DNA from: an uncultured Actinomycetota bacterium
Lineage (GTDB): Bacteria; Actinomycetota; Humimicrobiia; Humimicrobiales; Humimicrobiaceae
Direction: 5' to 3'
DNA length: 59,900 nt
Assembly: GCA_964426155.1 (NCBI GenBank)
Contig: CAYROY010000107.1
Coordinates: 1-59,900 of the forward strand
The position numbers and the translations under genes were made by a program. Of this stretch, positions 38,413-47,707 are shown piece after piece; within the stretch, counting starts at the first letter, position 1, and every line of letters begins with the position of its first letter. Under the pieces are notes generated by a model. The model did not search any database and was not told where the DNA came from. It worked only from the letters and a program-made list of their open reading frames with translations.

Positions 38413-38565
38413 ATGACGGATATAATGTCAGAACTCGATAAATATATTCCAGAGGATAATCCGAGAAAGTGGGCAAAATTAACTAGCGATATAGATTTTA
38501 GAAGATTGGAGCTGTCTCTTCTTAAAGAAATATTGATTGAATTAAGACAGCTGAACGCTAAGTAA
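38413..38565 (+). CDS. Candidate 50-aa small protein upstream of the helicase-nuclease pair
   Basis: ATG 38413 ... TAA 38563-38565 encodes MTDIMSELDKYIPEDNPRKWAKLTSDIDFRRLELSLLKEILIELRQLNAK. It ends 6 nt before the next start. A competing 70-aa low-complexity antisense ORF at 38388-38600 looks less protein-like. Confidence 0.35.
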   Translation: MTDIMSELDKYIPEDNPRKWAKLTSDIDFRRLELSLLKEILIELRQLNAK

Positions 38566-38571
38566 TATCTT

Positions 38572-41500
38572 ATGCTTAATAAAAAATATCTGGAATACAT
38601 TACTTCCGGGGAAAGTAATTTTCTTATAACAGGGCCTCCAGGTTCTGGTAAAACCTATACTCTACTGAGAATAATAAAGTATTTGATTGATGTAAGGAGA
38701 GTAGAACCTGACAAAATATTGGTACTTACTTTTAACCGCAGATGGTCAAAAATCATCAGGGAACAATCAACCATAAAAGTTGGTGATAGCCTGTGGGAGA
38801 TACCTATAGAAACTTTCTATTCATTCTGCATAGATCTTCTAGAATTGTCAGAACTTTATAGGCTTAGTGATGATTCACGCAGAGAAAAAAATAGAAAAGA
38901 GGGAAACCTCTTTGCCGGTTTTAACCAATCTGGCGGACTTAGAATTCTTAATTCTGTTGAGCAGTGGAACCTATTAAAGAATATAGTTAAAGAGCTTGAC
39001 AAGAATGATTACCCCAGTTCTTATAGGTGTTACAATTCTACGGATCACGTTGCCTGTAGTTTTTTACAGGAAGTATTTGATTTCATTCTGAGAGCCCAGG
39101 AAAATCTGTTAGATCCCCATATGCTTTTAAAAAGATTCACGCCGGAATTATCTCCAATACTTTCAGAGCTGTCAGGAATATATGCCAGGTATACGAATGA
39201 ACTTATAGAGAATGGTAGTTATAATTATGGAATGCTGCTTTTGAAGACTGCAGATATTCTTGAAAAAGAGCCGTCAATAAGGAGGATTTTTCAAAAAAGG
39301 TATAAATATATAATTGTCGATGAACTGCAGGAGACTAATAGAGCACAGTTTAAAATAATTGAATTGATTACCAGAAATAATTGTATTTTCTTTGGTAATG
39401 ATGACCAGGCTATTTATAGTTTCAGAGGTTCTTCAATAGATAATTTTAGAAGATTGTATAAAGATTTAGATAATGAAAAAAGGGTATTTTTTCTGAAACG
39501 TAATTATAGAAGTGGTTCTGATATAGTAAGGCTTTCTGAGATGTTTATAAATATTATCAGTCCGCAAATACCAAAAGCAAGTATTCCACTGAGTAAAAGC
39601 AGGAAAAGCGGACATGTAGCACTTAAAAGTTTTCCATCCCTGCTGGAAGAGGTTAATTATATTTGTGAAAAGATACTTATACTTAATAGGAATTTTAGAA
39701 TAAGGCCTGAAAATATTGCTATTATTATAAAAGGTGCCGGGTATGAAACACATCTGATAGAAGAAGCATTAAGGCAGAGAAAGATTTCCTTCATAAGAAG
39801 AAGTTCAAGAAGTCTTATGGAAAACCATTATATATCATATATTATTAATTTTCTAAAGCTGGCAGCAGAATTAAATAAAAGGATGGCAGGGGCAAAGAAA
39901 AAGAAGAAAAGAGATATAGATTATAATATATTAAATAATGGACAGCAAAAAGAGGATATAATTAAAATTCCACATGATAATCAGGATTATTTAAGAATAA
40001 ACAGGTTACTGGAGGATATACTTAATTCAAATATTATTGATTTAGATCCGCTGTTTTACAGTAAATTAAAGTCTTCCTATAGTTTGATCGAAGACAAATC
40101 TAAGATAAGCTTTCTGGATTATATTTTGGAAAATGAGAGCAAAGGCCAGTTTCAGAAAAAATTATCAAAGATAATAAAACATATAGAATATTTCACCGGT
40201 AAAATAGGCTGTGATATATTTTCATATATCATGGATCTTTTAAATGATCCAGAGATAGGCATATTTAGATTTTTAAAAGATAAAAGGAGTGCGGGTCCTG
40301 ATATACAATCGTGGATATGCCTGGGAGACTTCTTAAAGAGTGTGCAGGAATATACTGTAAAATCAACAGATAAAAGTGTAGAAGCTTATCTGTCTTATAT
40401 AGAGAATCTCGAAATTAACAGGTTCCTCGAAGAAGTAGAAGAAAGTACAGAAGAGCAGTCTGTACCGGATACGGTAAATATTATTAGCTTCCATCAGTGC
40501 AAGGGAATGGAATATGATGCGGTTTTTATCCCCTTTATAAATGATAAATACCTTCCTTCAGAATTCAAACCGCCCCAGATCTTCGATATATGCCTTTTCG
40601 AGAATGCTGTAACAGGAAGTAACCTGAAATATGAAGATATTGAGCAGGAGCATTTCTCGGGAGAAGTCAGGTTATTTTATAACGGAATGACCAGGGCAAG
40701 AAAATATCTTTACATCACCTCCTGCAAATCCAGAGGGGATTCTGTATTTTTTAAAAAATTAAGGGATATCATGAAAAGTATGGAAAAAGATGAAGATTTT
40801 TCTTTGGATGGTGGTGTTAATAAAAAAAATGATTTCAGGGAAAATCCGTGTAAAAATATATATGAAGACAGGGACTGGAGAGTAAAAAAAAGACTGCTTA
40901 CTACCATGGTAAGACTAGAAAATGGCTTAAAGACCGAATATCGTATGTTTTTAAAAGATATTATCATGCTGAATCACCTTTATAATCCAAAGAAATGGTG
41001 GAACCTTAATAAAAATACAGCCAATCCCCATAATCCTTTTGAAATATTCAGAAAGCCTTTTTCTTACAGCGGTCTCGAGGCATACAGGAGCTGCCCTTTC
41101 AGGTATATGGCAAGATATTTTTATAACATCTATGGAGAGGAAGAATTTAATTTACGGTTGGGAAAGATATACCACAATATATTATTAGAGTTTTTTAATG
41201 GTAAAGAAAATTCTTATACATGGGAGAGACTGGAAGAAATAATAGATTCAAGCTTTGAAAAGCAATATTTTGAGTTCCGTCCCCTAAAAGATGAGGCTAT
41301 CTCCAGAACAAAGTCTGACATGAAAAGGTATTATGAAAATTATCTTCCTGAAAACCCAGAAAGGTCGATAATGGAAAAGCCCTTTCTTATTAAGCTGAAT
41401 GGATTGATGATAGGGGGCAGGATCGATCAGATAAATTTTCTGGGCGACGGCAGAATGGAGATCGTGGATTTCAAATCCAGCCAGGGTCCATATAGTAAAA

Positions 41501-41796
41501 ATGATCTTAAAGAAGAACTGCAACTTAAGTTATACCGGTTTGCAGTAGAGGGGAGAATAAAAGATTATGGGGCCAGTGGAATAATAATGAAATACATCAA
41601 TCTCGGAGCGGAAAAGAATGCTGAGTACTTTATCCCTGATAATTATTATGATAGTGCAGAGGTGGAGGAAAACATTAAAAGTATTACTTCAAAAATATTG
41701 AATGAGGATTTTAGAAATAATCCAAAGAATTATATGTCCTGTAAAGATTGTGAATATAAACTTATATGTCCGGGGTTCTACGGAAATGAATATTAG
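38572..41796 (+). CDS. Helicase-nuclease subunit (AddB/AdnA-like): SF1 UvrD-type motor plus C-terminal PD-(D/E)XK nuclease with a 4-Cys motif
   Basis: Walker A GPPGSGKT, DExQ box IVDELQETN, motif III GNDDQAIYSFRG, NYRS, FHQCKGMEYD, GMTRAR. C-terminal nuclease: GRIDQI...EIVDFKS. Cys ligands: SCPFRY ... CKDCEYKLIC. Confidence 0.85.
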   Translation: MLNKKYLEYITSGESNFLITGPPGSGKTYTLLRIIKYLIDVRRVEPDKILVLTFNRRWSKIIREQSTIKVGDSLWEIPIETFYSFCIDLLELSELYRLSDDSRREKNRKEGNLFAGFNQSGGLRILNSVEQWNLLKNIVKELDKNDYPSSYRCYNSTDHVACSFLQEVFDFILRAQENLLDPHMLLKRFTPELSPILSELSGIYARYTNELIENGSYNYGMLLLKTADILEKEPSIRRIFQKRYKYIIVDELQETNRAQFKIIELITRNNCIFFGNDDQAIYSFRGSSIDNFRRLYKDLDNEKRVFFLKRNYRSGSDIVRLSEMFINIISPQIPKASIPLSKSRKSGHVALKSFPSLLEEVNYICEKILILNRNFRIRPENIAIIIKGAGYETHLIEEALRQRKISFIRRSSRSLMENHYISYIINFLKLAAELNKRMAGAKKKKKRDIDYNILNNGQQKEDIIKIPHDNQDYLRINRLLEDILNSNIIDLDPLFYSKLKSSYSLIEDKSKISFLDYILENESKGQFQKKLSKIIKHIEYFTGKIGCDIFSYIMDLLNDPEIGIFRFLKDKRSAGPDIQSWICLGDFLKSVQEYTVKSTDKSVEAYLSYIENLEINRFLEEVEESTEEQSVPDTVNIISFHQCKGMEYDAVFIPFINDKYLPSEFKPPQIFDICLFENAVTGSNLKYEDIEQEHFSGEVRLFYNGMTRARKYLYITSCKSRGDSVFFKKLRDIMKSMEKDEDFSLDGGVNKKNDFRENPCKNIYEDRDWRVKKRLLTTMVRLENGLKTEYRMFLKDIIMLNHLYNPKKWWNLNKNTANPHNPFEIFRKPFSYSGLEAYRSCPFRYMARYFYNIYGEEEFNLRLGKIYHNILLEFFNGKENSYTWERLEEIIDSSFEKQYFEFRPLKDEAISRTKSDMKRYYENYLPENPERSIMEKPFLIKLNGLMIGGRIDQINFLGDGRMEIVDFKSSQGPYSKNDLKEELQLKLYRFAVEGRIKDYGASGIIMKYINLGAEKNAEYFIPDNYYDSAEVEENIKSITSKILNEDFRNNPKNYMSCKDCEYKLICPGFYGNEY

Positions 41797-44700
41797 AGGT
41801 ACGGAACAGCAGCTAAAAATATTTAAAGATAATAGCCAGGTAAAAAGGGTTATAGCATGTGCTGGGTCCGGTAAGACGTGGGTCTTAACTAATCATATAG
41901 TTAAGGTGTTGAAAGATGGATATTGCGAACCCGGCCAGATTCTGGCATTGACTTTTACGAAAAATGCCGCCGAAAACATGCGGCAGAGAATAAAAAGGTT
42001 ATTTGGGGATTACGGAAGTTATTCTGAAATTGATATATATACATTTAATTCATTTGGCAACGAAATTATCTATGAAAACAGTTTTGAAATGGGACTGGGA
42101 AAGGATTTCAGACTGATAACAGACAGCCAATCATGGCAGATTCTCTACAGAGTATTAAGAGAGGCAAAATTTGAAAATTTAAAGATAGGTAAAAATCCAG
42201 GAATATTTCTGCAGGATGTTCTTGAATTTATACAAAATGTAAAAAACAATCTTATCACACGTGAGGATTTTGAAGAATATATAAGAAACTACGTAAAGTT
42301 GCTGGAACCTTATAAGAGCAGGGCGCTTAAGAATGAGGAGATAATATTAACGGACCTGGCATCAGAGTTATTCAGTATATATTTAGAATATGAAAAAATT
42401 AAATCGGACGAGAATAAGATAGATTATGCGGACCAGGTATTTATCCCTTATTCCCTGTTTTCCAGACGGAAAATAATAAGAGAAAAATACAGATTAAAAT
42501 ATAAATACATTTTTATAGATGAATTTCAGGATACAAATGTAGCTCAGGCAAGATTTATTACAATGCTGTATAAAAGAAACCATAACAGAATAATGATAGT
42601 GGGTGATGATGATCAGGCTATATATTCATTCAGGGGAGCCTGCGTAGAAAATATACTTGAATTTGATAGATGGGATTGTTTTGGAAAGGATAATGTCAAA
42701 GACTTCTATCTATCGGTAAATTTCAGATCGGGACAGGAAATAATAAATGCAGCAGATGCAGTAATATCAAAAAATAAGAAAAGATTTAGAAAAGCATTTG
42801 AATGCTATGATGATAGCAAAAGCTCGGAAGTTTTTTTTGATATTAGCGATACAATTGAAGACGAGGCGGAATCTATTGCTGGATATATACGTAGCATAAT
42901 GAATAAAACTGAGATAAAACCTGGTAAGATTGCAATTCTTGGACGGCGTAAAAGATTTGATAAGATAATGAAAGCACTGAAGAATGAAAATATCAGGTAT
43001 GAATTAATAGGAAGTAAAGACCTTTATTACGAACCAGAAATACTTTTCATTACTTCCTGGCTTAAGGTAATAGGCGATGTGTACGATGAGCTATCAATTG
43101 TATATATTTTGAAATCTGATAAATATCGTATAGGTGACAGGGATATTTTTTACATTAAGAATAATAAACCCGGAAATAATAGAGTAGAAAGACTGATAGA
43201 TGGTATAAGCAACTGCCAAAATAATAATTTTTTGAGTGATGAAGCAAAAAGAAGGCTTGCATCCTTTATGAAAAGTCTTCTATTTTATATAAAACAGTCT
43301 GGAATTTTGGATCTTAAAGAGCTTATAAGCCTTATATTTGAAGATTCTGGACTTGCTATGGAACTAAAGTCAGGATTTGGCAAGCATTATCAGAAAAAGT
43401 TAAAGAATGTTGAAAATCTTATAAAAATAGCTTCAGATTTTACCTCTCAATATCGATTAGAAGGATACAGAAGTTTCATTACATATCTGGAGGATATCGC
43501 CAGGACCGATTATGATAACCCGGATAAAATGGAAATATCCGATTATAATTCCGTAAAGATTATGAGCATACATGCAGCCAAAGGGCTAGAATTCGATGCT
43601 GTAATAATCCCAATGCTGTGGGAGAGTGATTACCTGGGGAGAAATGCAGGAAATTCAGGTTTTGCAATACCTTCCCAGTTAAGAAAGGATAATTCTATAT
43701 GGGCAAAAAAGAAAGATTTTAAAAGCGCCAGAGAATTTAATAAAGCATTGAGAGAATTAAGAATTGAAGAAGAAAGAAGGATATTTTATGTTGCATGCAG
43801 CAGGGCCAGAAGAATACTTCTGTTTTCATACAGCCGTTTTAAAAATAAGATTGATATGATAGATGAGAAAAAGAGTCCAAAAGAATTGGTTCCCTTTTTT
43901 AAGGATCTTCTGGTTGAAAACATTCGTACAATCAAACCGCTGGGAAATGATGCAGAAAAATATATTTATAATATTAATGGTAAAAACCATATCAATAAAG
44001 ATATATGCCAGGGAACTCTATCAAAGAATGAAAGTATTAAAAAGACATCAAATTCTATAAATTTAAAAAAATATGACTGGAAATACTTTGAAGAGAAATT
44101 AGGATTGCTGTCAGATATGATTGATGAGAATAGATTTACATATTTTAATGATAATCTCAATAAATTATATGGCACCACCATAGAAGACGGTATAATAAAA
44201 GAGGCAAAAAGATATTTTCATAATATTAAATTAGATACTGTTTTAAAATCTAATGGCCAGAATATAAAATCAGGTAAAAAAATTTTTCCCCTGAGTCCTG
44301 TTCTGGATTATCTGGAATGTCCTGCAATGTACAAGTGGAAATATGTATATTGCATACCCCGGAAACCCGACCGAAAAATGGAAATAGGGGAGAGGGTACA
44401 TAAATATATTGAAAATATAGTTTTTATATGTTCACAAAATAATTCTTTTAAAATTAAAAATTTTTTAGATGGATGCCCTTATGATGCAAAGCCCTATATC
44501 AGGTCATTTATAGAAAGCAGGTTTGCTGATTTTCATTCTTATCCGCCGGAAGAGATTATGCTGGAGAAATTATTCTATCTAAAGACAGGTAATTATTTCA
44601 TAACAGGTAAAATAGACAGGGTGGATATAAGAAAAGAAATAATTGAAATAATTGATTATAAATTATCAGATGGAACAGTAAAAGAAATACCTTTGAGGTA

Positions 44701-44953
44701 TAAAAGACAGATACTGTCATATATTTCTGCATTTTCAAAGATTATGGATATACCGGTTGATAAAATAAAGGGCACAATCTTTTATCTTGGAAACGGGAGG
44801 TCTGTGTCAATGTGGGGTAATAGTGAAGAAATTGAAAGAAACGATAAAATTCTTTTAACAAATGTTAAAAAGATAATTGATGGAAAGTTCGCATCGGTTA
44901 AAAAGGCCGCCTGCAATAAAAATTGTGATTACCTTGATTTATGTATAAGATGA
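41786..44953 (+). CDS. Helicase-nuclease subunit (AddA/AdnB-like): SF1 UvrD-type motor plus C-terminal PD-(D/E)XK nuclease with a 4-Cys motif
   Basis: Walker A CAGSGKTW, IDEFQDTN, GDDDQAIYSFRGA, NFRSG, IHAAKGLEFD, YVACSRAR. Nuclease: GKIDRVD...EIIDYKLS. Cys: ECPAMY ... CNKNCDYLDLC. ATG 41786 overlaps the upstream stop by 11 nt. Confidence 0.85.
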   Translation: MNIRGTEQQLKIFKDNSQVKRVIACAGSGKTWVLTNHIVKVLKDGYCEPGQILALTFTKNAAENMRQRIKRLFGDYGSYSEIDIYTFNSFGNEIIYENSFEMGLGKDFRLITDSQSWQILYRVLREAKFENLKIGKNPGIFLQDVLEFIQNVKNNLITREDFEEYIRNYVKLLEPYKSRALKNEEIILTDLASELFSIYLEYEKIKSDENKIDYADQVFIPYSLFSRRKIIREKYRLKYKYIFIDEFQDTNVAQARFITMLYKRNHNRIMIVGDDDQAIYSFRGACVENILEFDRWDCFGKDNVKDFYLSVNFRSGQEIINAADAVISKNKKRFRKAFECYDDSKSSEVFFDISDTIEDEAESIAGYIRSIMNKTEIKPGKIAILGRRKRFDKIMKALKNENIRYELIGSKDLYYEPEILFITSWLKVIGDVYDELSIVYILKSDKYRIGDRDIFYIKNNKPGNNRVERLIDGISNCQNNNFLSDEAKRRLASFMKSLLFYIKQSGILDLKELISLIFEDSGLAMELKSGFGKHYQKKLKNVENLIKIASDFTSQYRLEGYRSFITYLEDIARTDYDNPDKMEISDYNSVKIMSIHAAKGLEFDAVIIPMLWESDYLGRNAGNSGFAIPSQLRKDNSIWAKKKDFKSAREFNKALRELRIEEERRIFYVACSRARRILLFSYSRFKNKIDMIDEKKSPKELVPFFKDLLVENIRTIKPLGNDAEKYIYNINGKNHINKDICQGTLSKNESIKKTSNSINLKKYDWKYFEEKLGLLSDMIDENRFTYFNDNLNKLYGTTIEDGIIKEAKRYFHNIKLDTVLKSNGQNIKSGKKIFPLSPVLDYLECPAMYKWKYVYCIPRKPDRKMEIGERVHKYIENIVFICSQNNSFKIKNFLDGCPYDAKPYIRSFIESRFADFHSYPPEEIMLEKLFYLKTGNYFITGKIDRVDIRKEIIEIIDYKLSDGTVKEIPLRYKRQILSYISAFSKIMDIPVDKIKGTIFYLGNGRSVSMWGNSEEIERNDKILLTNVKKIIDGKFASVKKAACNKNCDYLDLCIR

Positions 44954-44979
44954 TAACCGATGATAAATTATGTTAGATG

Positions 44980-45900
44980 TCAGACTTCAGTACACCATGA
45001 AGAATATTCTTCAATATTATTCGTGACTAACTTGAAATAATTGTCCTGAAGTTTCTTTGTAACAGGTCCCATTGTCCCATCTCCTATGATTCTCTTATCG
45101 ACTGAGCCTATAGGTGATATCTGGGCTCCGGTACCGCAGAAGAAAAGTTCATCTGCAATATAAAGTTCTGTTCTGTCTATTTGTCTTTCGATGATTTCTA
45201 TGTTGTTAAAATTTTTTGCAAGTTCTATTACGGTATTTCTTGTTATACCTTCAAGTATGTCATCTGTAACTGCAGGGGTAACTAGCTTATTATTGCGGAC
45301 CATAAATATATTCTCAGCGCTACCTTCACACACGTGTCTTCCATCGGTTGAAAGTACCAGTGCCTCGTCATATCCATTTAAAATAGCCTCTGTTTTTTGG
45401 AGGGCTGCATTTACATATGAACCTGATATTTTTGCTCTTGGAGGAATAGAATTATCAGATATACGGTCCCAGGATGAAATACAAACACTTATGGCTCTAT
45501 CAGTTTCTAGATATAACCCCAGCGGTATTGAATAGATAAAAATATCCTGATCATTTCCAATAAGTTTTGGACCTATTCCCAGCCCGCTATTATATGCAAA
45601 CGGCCTTATATAAGCATCCTCTGAATAATTCTCTTTTTTCATAAGGTCCAGGGTAATATCGCATAATTGTTCTGCTGAATATTCTATGTCTATCATTAAT
45701 ATTTTTGCATTTCGGATAAATCTTTTAAAATGATCCTTCATTCTGAATATATAATTTTTCTTTGTGTCATTGTTCCAATAACTTCTTATACCTTCAAAAA
45801 CTCCGGTTCCATACTGAAGGGCATTTGTCCTTATGTCGACCTTTGCCATTTCTATCGGGATTATATGTTTATTAAAAAAAGCATACCCTGGGTGGCTCAT
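44980..45900 (-). CDS. ilvE: Branched-chain-amino-acid aminotransferase (fold type IV)
   Basis: 306 aa with GVFEGIR.Y, YIRP, EGSAENIF and GITR: the typical class IV aminotransferase pattern. Confidence 0.9.
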   Translation of the reverse strand: MSHPGYAFFNKHIIPIEMAKVDIRTNALQYGTGVFEGIRSYWNNDTKKNYIFRMKDHFKRFIRNAKILMIDIEYSAEQLCDITLDLMKKENYSEDAYIRPFAYNSGLGIGPKLIGNDQDIFIYSIPLGLYLETDRAISVCISSWDRISDNSIPPRAKISGSYVNAALQKTEAILNGYDEALVLSTDGRHVCEGSAENIFMVRNNKLVTPAVTDDILEGITRNTVIELAKNFNNIEIIERQIDRTELYIADELFFCGTGAQISPIGSVDKRIIGDGTMGPVTKKLQDNYFKLVTNNIEEYSSWCTEV

Positions 45901-45949
45901 TTTATCCTTCCTGGAAGATTTTAATAATATTTTTAATGATTTTAAAATT

Positions 45950-46130
45950 TTTTTTACAAAAAGAAAACCCCTGGTTATCTTTTACCATTGCTTACGCTTT
46001 AGGCTACTCAACATCCCGGGGTCTCTACTCTGAATCTTTTCTCAGGTCTTTTTGAAATATTGACTTACTATTTACCTTCTTTCGTTGGTCAGTTTCAGTC
46101 AAATTCTAAAGTTACCTTCTTATTCAGAGC
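45950..46130 (-). promoter_or_regulatory. Structured 5' leader of ilvE ending in a terminator-like hairpin plus U-run
   Basis: On the minus strand, CUCUGAAU pairs with AUUCAGAG about 95 nt downstream, enclosing UUGACU/AGUCAA. Two AGAAGGUAA repeats are present. GAGACCCCGGG then pairs with CCAGGGGUUUUC, followed by UUUUUG, about 50 nt before the ilvE ATG. Confidence 0.4.
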
Positions 46131-46136
46131 TTTTTA

Positions 46137-46165
46137 AATATATCAAAAAATTTTTTTGAAGTCAA
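46137..46165 (-). promoter_or_regulatory. Candidate promoter for the ilvE leader
   Basis: Minus-strand TTGACT (46165-46160), 17-nt spacer, TATATT (46142-46137). Confidence 0.45.
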
Positions 46166-46204
46166 TACAATATTGATTTATTGTGTTGTTATTCAGTGAT
46201 ATTG

Positions 46205-47707
46205 TCATGATTTTCTTATGGATGATTTCTTTATGAATTGTTTATGTTGTAAACCTATTATAATCCCTCCTCCAATAAGTATATCATCATCATAGAAAAC
46301 GGCAGATTGTCCCGGTGTCAGAGATTCGACAGGTTCTTTAAAGTTTATTATTGCAGTATTGCATTCTTTAATTAATATTTTTGCCGGTACCGGCTTGCCA
46401 TTGTATCTTATTTTCACATCTGCAGTAAACTCTTTTGATGGAGGTTTTCCCGATATAAAATTAACACTTTTAATTACGGTGCTTTCTGATGCGAGGTCTT
46501 TTTTTTCAGATACAATTATTGTATTTTTTTCTGGAATGATTTTTTTTACATAGAGGGGTTCTGAATGGCTTATTCCAAGTCCTTTACGCTGTCCTACAGT
46601 ATAATAAGGAAATCCCCGGTGTTGTCCCAGATATCTTCCATGTATATCAATGATTCTGCCTTTCTTTATTTTTTCTTTACAGTTGTTTAATAATTCATGG
46701 TAGCTTTTACCCTTTATAAAACAGATGTCCTGACTTTCTTCTTCAGGTACAGCAAAGCTGTAAGATTCTTTTAATTTTTTTTTAATATCTTCTTTAGTAA
46801 AAAAGCCGAGGGGAGTCTTTATATGTGAGATCTGTGACTGGTTAAGTTTCCAGAGGAAATAACTCTGCTCCTTTAGCTGGTCAATACCCTTTCTTATTAA
46901 AAAAGAGTTATCTTTATAATTTTTTTCTATGATACAATAGTGTCCTGTAGCCATATATTTTGCACCTAATTTTCTGCATATCTGCAGCAAGTGGCCAAAT
47001 TTTATATATTTATTGCAATCTATACATGGATTTGGGGTCATTCCTTCAATATACGACCTGCAGAAAGGTTCTATTATCTTTTCTTTGAATATATCCCTGA
47101 GATCTATGATAAGATGTGGAATATCAAGTAACCTGCATGCAATTGCTGCGGACTCAATATCCGAAGAAATCCATGATGTTATCCTTTCTTCTAGAGAAAG
47201 CATATGATCAGGGATTATTTTCATTGTAACCCCCATCAAGCTGTAACCCCTGTCTTTCAATATCTTTGCTGCTATTAAACTATCTATCCCTCCACTCATG
47301 GCAACAGCTGCTGTCCTTTCTTGTTCCGGTACTTTTTTTTCTTTTATGAGCAGGGGGATGTACGAAGAAAGCATCTGGCGGAAAGCTCCAAGTGCGACAT
47401 CGGCAGGACCGACTTTATCAATTAAAATATCAGGAAAATTTTTCTTAATTTCTGCTTTAGAGATTTTTGCTGCATTAAAAAAAGTCCTGTTCTTTGCGAT
47501 TCTGGCTATGAATTCTGAGGCCGATATAAGAAGGCTGCCGCCAAAAGCACTGAAGCTAATCTCTTTTATTATCCCGTCTTTAATAAGGCAGTAGTATATT
47601 ACTTTTTCTTTTGAAAAAAGACTGCTGTCTTTTCCTGTGCAATTATAATTTGATAATATATTTGTGTTTTCTGGATCCAGGAAGCTCATTTTATACGGAA
47701 AGTACAA
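46205..47707 (-). CDS. mnmA: tRNA 2-thiouridine(34) synthase MnmA fused to an N-terminal degenerate IscU/NifU-like domain
   Basis: From about residue 130: PP-loop AVAMSGGIDS, NPCIDCNKYIKF and the MnmA body. The N-terminal roughly 125 aa aligns by eye to the IscU scaffold (DGIIKEISFSAFGGSLLISASEF versus the IscU FKTFGCGSAIASSS region). The start could be TTG 47707 or ATG 47689. Confidence 0.8.
   Translation of the reverse strand: MYFPYKMSFLDPENTNILSNYNCTGKDSSLFSKEKVIYYCLIKDGIIKEISFSAFGGSLLISASEFIARIAKNRTFFNAAKISKAEIKKNFPDILIDKVGPADVALGAFRQMLSSYIPLLIKEKKVPEQERTAAVAMSGGIDSLIAAKILKDRGYSLMGVTMKIIPDHMLSLEERITSWISSDIESAAIACRLLDIPHLIIDLRDIFKEKIIEPFCRSYIEGMTPNPCIDCNKYIKFGHLLQICRKLGAKYMATGHYCIIEKNYKDNSFLIRKGIDQLKEQSYFLWKLNQSQISHIKTPLGFFTKEDIKKKLKESYSFAVPEEESQDICFIKGKSYHELLNNCKEKIKKGRIIDIHGRYLGQHRGFPYYTVGQRKGLGISHSEPLYVKKIIPEKNTIIVSEKKDLASESTVIKSVNFISGKPPSKEFTADVKIRYNGKPVPAKILIKECNTAIINFKEPVESLTPGQSAVFYDDDILIGGGIIIGLQHKQFIKKSSIRKS

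Noticed and set aside
38388-38600. 70-aa minus-strand ORF from the track upstream of the helicase-nuclease genes
   Set aside because: It has a low-complexity Ser/Leu/Phe-rich product and would overlap the start of the 1,074-aa gene. The + strand 50-codon ORF fits the operon better, though neither is proven.
45730-46033. Two + strand ORFs (64 and 66 aa) across the ilvE start and leader
   Set aside because: One is antisense to ilvE. The other lies in the region better explained as a minus-strand leader. Neither has an RBS or motifs.
45961-46130. T-box riboswitch hypothesis for the ilvE leader
   Set aside because: I could not find the conserved T-box sequence (AAnnnGGGUGGnACCGCG-like). I also found no convincing specifier-loop/AG-bulge/distal-loop set, and the terminator helix encloses about 40 nt rather than following an antiterminator bulge. 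It is left as an unclassified leader.
46143-46159. Perfect palindrome TCAAAAAAATTTTTTGA considered as a terminator for the mnmA-fusion gene
   Set aside because: It would form only A-U pairs with negligible stability. It coincides with the 17-nt spacer of the candidate ilvE promoter.
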